Positions 63,270 to 64,000 of a DNA stretch of 64,000 nucleotides are shown piece by piece. The DNA is from Alloascoidea hylecoeti (lineage: Eukaryota), in contig BCKZ01000005.1 in assembly GCA_001600815.1 (NCBI GenBank), positions 743,727 to 807,726 of the forward strand, read 5' to 3'. The notes beneath the pieces are model-generated. The model was given only the letters and a program-made list of their open reading frames with translations. It ran no database searches and was not told the DNA's origin. The position numbers and the translations under genes were made by a program. The number at the start of each line of letters is the position of its first letter. The stretch's first letter is position 1.

Positions 63270-64000
63270 ATGGCTGCCCAAACATCCAGTGTTCCAAGTG
63301 TTCAGGTATGCTCAATTTAAAATAATTATGTCGTATGATTATCGTCTGTAGTTTGCTGGTTAAATGTGAATTCATGAGATTTGGATAATATTTAATGAAA
63401 TTTGGACTTAGAATGAACGAATAAAGAAGATATATAAACCAATTCATTCAACATATCAATATATTATTATTACAACAAGAGATATTCAAATTTTAGAATC
63501 AGTCTAGTATCTAGTAAATTTGTTCGATATTTACAAACCATGGTTCAACAACAACAGACTTTAAATCACACGCATATGCTAAACAGATGATGAATAATTT
63601 CGCTAACTATATTATGATAGACGTTCGGTAAGAAGAAGACAGCTACCGCCGTTGCCCATGTCAAACAGGGTTCCGGTCTCATCAAGGTCAACGGCTCACC
63701 AATCACTCTTGTTGAACCTGAAATCCTTCGATTCAAAGTCTATGAACCTCTTTTAATCGTAGGTTTAGACAAATTTGCCAATATTGATATCAGAGTTAGA
63801 GTTACTGGTGGTGGTCACGTCTCTCAAGTTTATGCTATCCGTCAAGCTATTGCGAAAGGTGTTGTCGCTTATCATCAAAAATATGTCGATGAACAATCCA
63901 AGAATGAATTAAAGAAAGCTTTTGTCAGTTATGATAGAACATTATTGATTGCTGATTCAAGAAGATCAGAACCAAAGAAATTCGGTGGTCCAGGTGCCCG
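63270..64000 (+). CDS. RPS16: 40S ribosomal protein S16 (uS9); exons 63270-63305 and 63621 to beyond the window
   Basis: [24 protein letters not shown]...[19 protein letters not shown]...[10 protein letters not shown]. The intron has GTATGC, CGCTAAC and TAG. Confidence 0.97.

Noticed and set aside
93..63447. Numerous 60-130 aa ORFs in the track (e.g. 10093, 23746, 23769, 24747, 36746, 49586, 62172)
   Set aside because: They are antisense or alternate-frame shadows of real genes, or chance ORFs in AT-rich spacers, often with non-ATG starts.
1..64000. CRISPR array, rRNA genes or prokaryotic operons
   Set aside because: The DNA is eukaryotic and intron-containing. Repeats are simple tandem units or TIRs with no repeat-spacer structure.

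Overview
AT-rich nuclear DNA from an intron-rich budding yeast (Saccharomycotina). CTG is read as Leu. There is no CRISPR array, rRNA gene or complete tRNA gene. 1-11.3 kb is a compact conserved block: Ark1/Prk1 kinase (5'-truncated), NCE103, COG6, DPH1, SHQ1 and a BOP3-like gene. 11.3-23 kb is gene-poor, with a DAL5-family pseudogene, an orphan ORF and transposon relics. 23-37 kb holds ASF1 (4 exons), an HPDK-motif protein, an orphan glycosylated membrane protein, LUC7, an AT-hook/bZIP factor, a TLC-domain protein and a SUN-family gene. 37.4-62.1 kb is almost gene-free except for one six-exon gene that the ORF track splits into fragments: a roughly 810-aa velvet-domain (VosA/VelC-like) regulator. 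That region also carries Tc1/mariner relics and MITEs. RPP1 and RPS16 close the window, each preceded by a Rap1-type box and a Homol-D box. Main items to follow up: the hidden velvet gene; two diverged, decayed copies of an unidentified coding element in inverted orientation (possibly virus- or plasmid-derived); and a possible non-AUG N-terminal extension of carbonic anhydrase. Family and synteny assignments come from recalled motifs and gene orders, not database searches.
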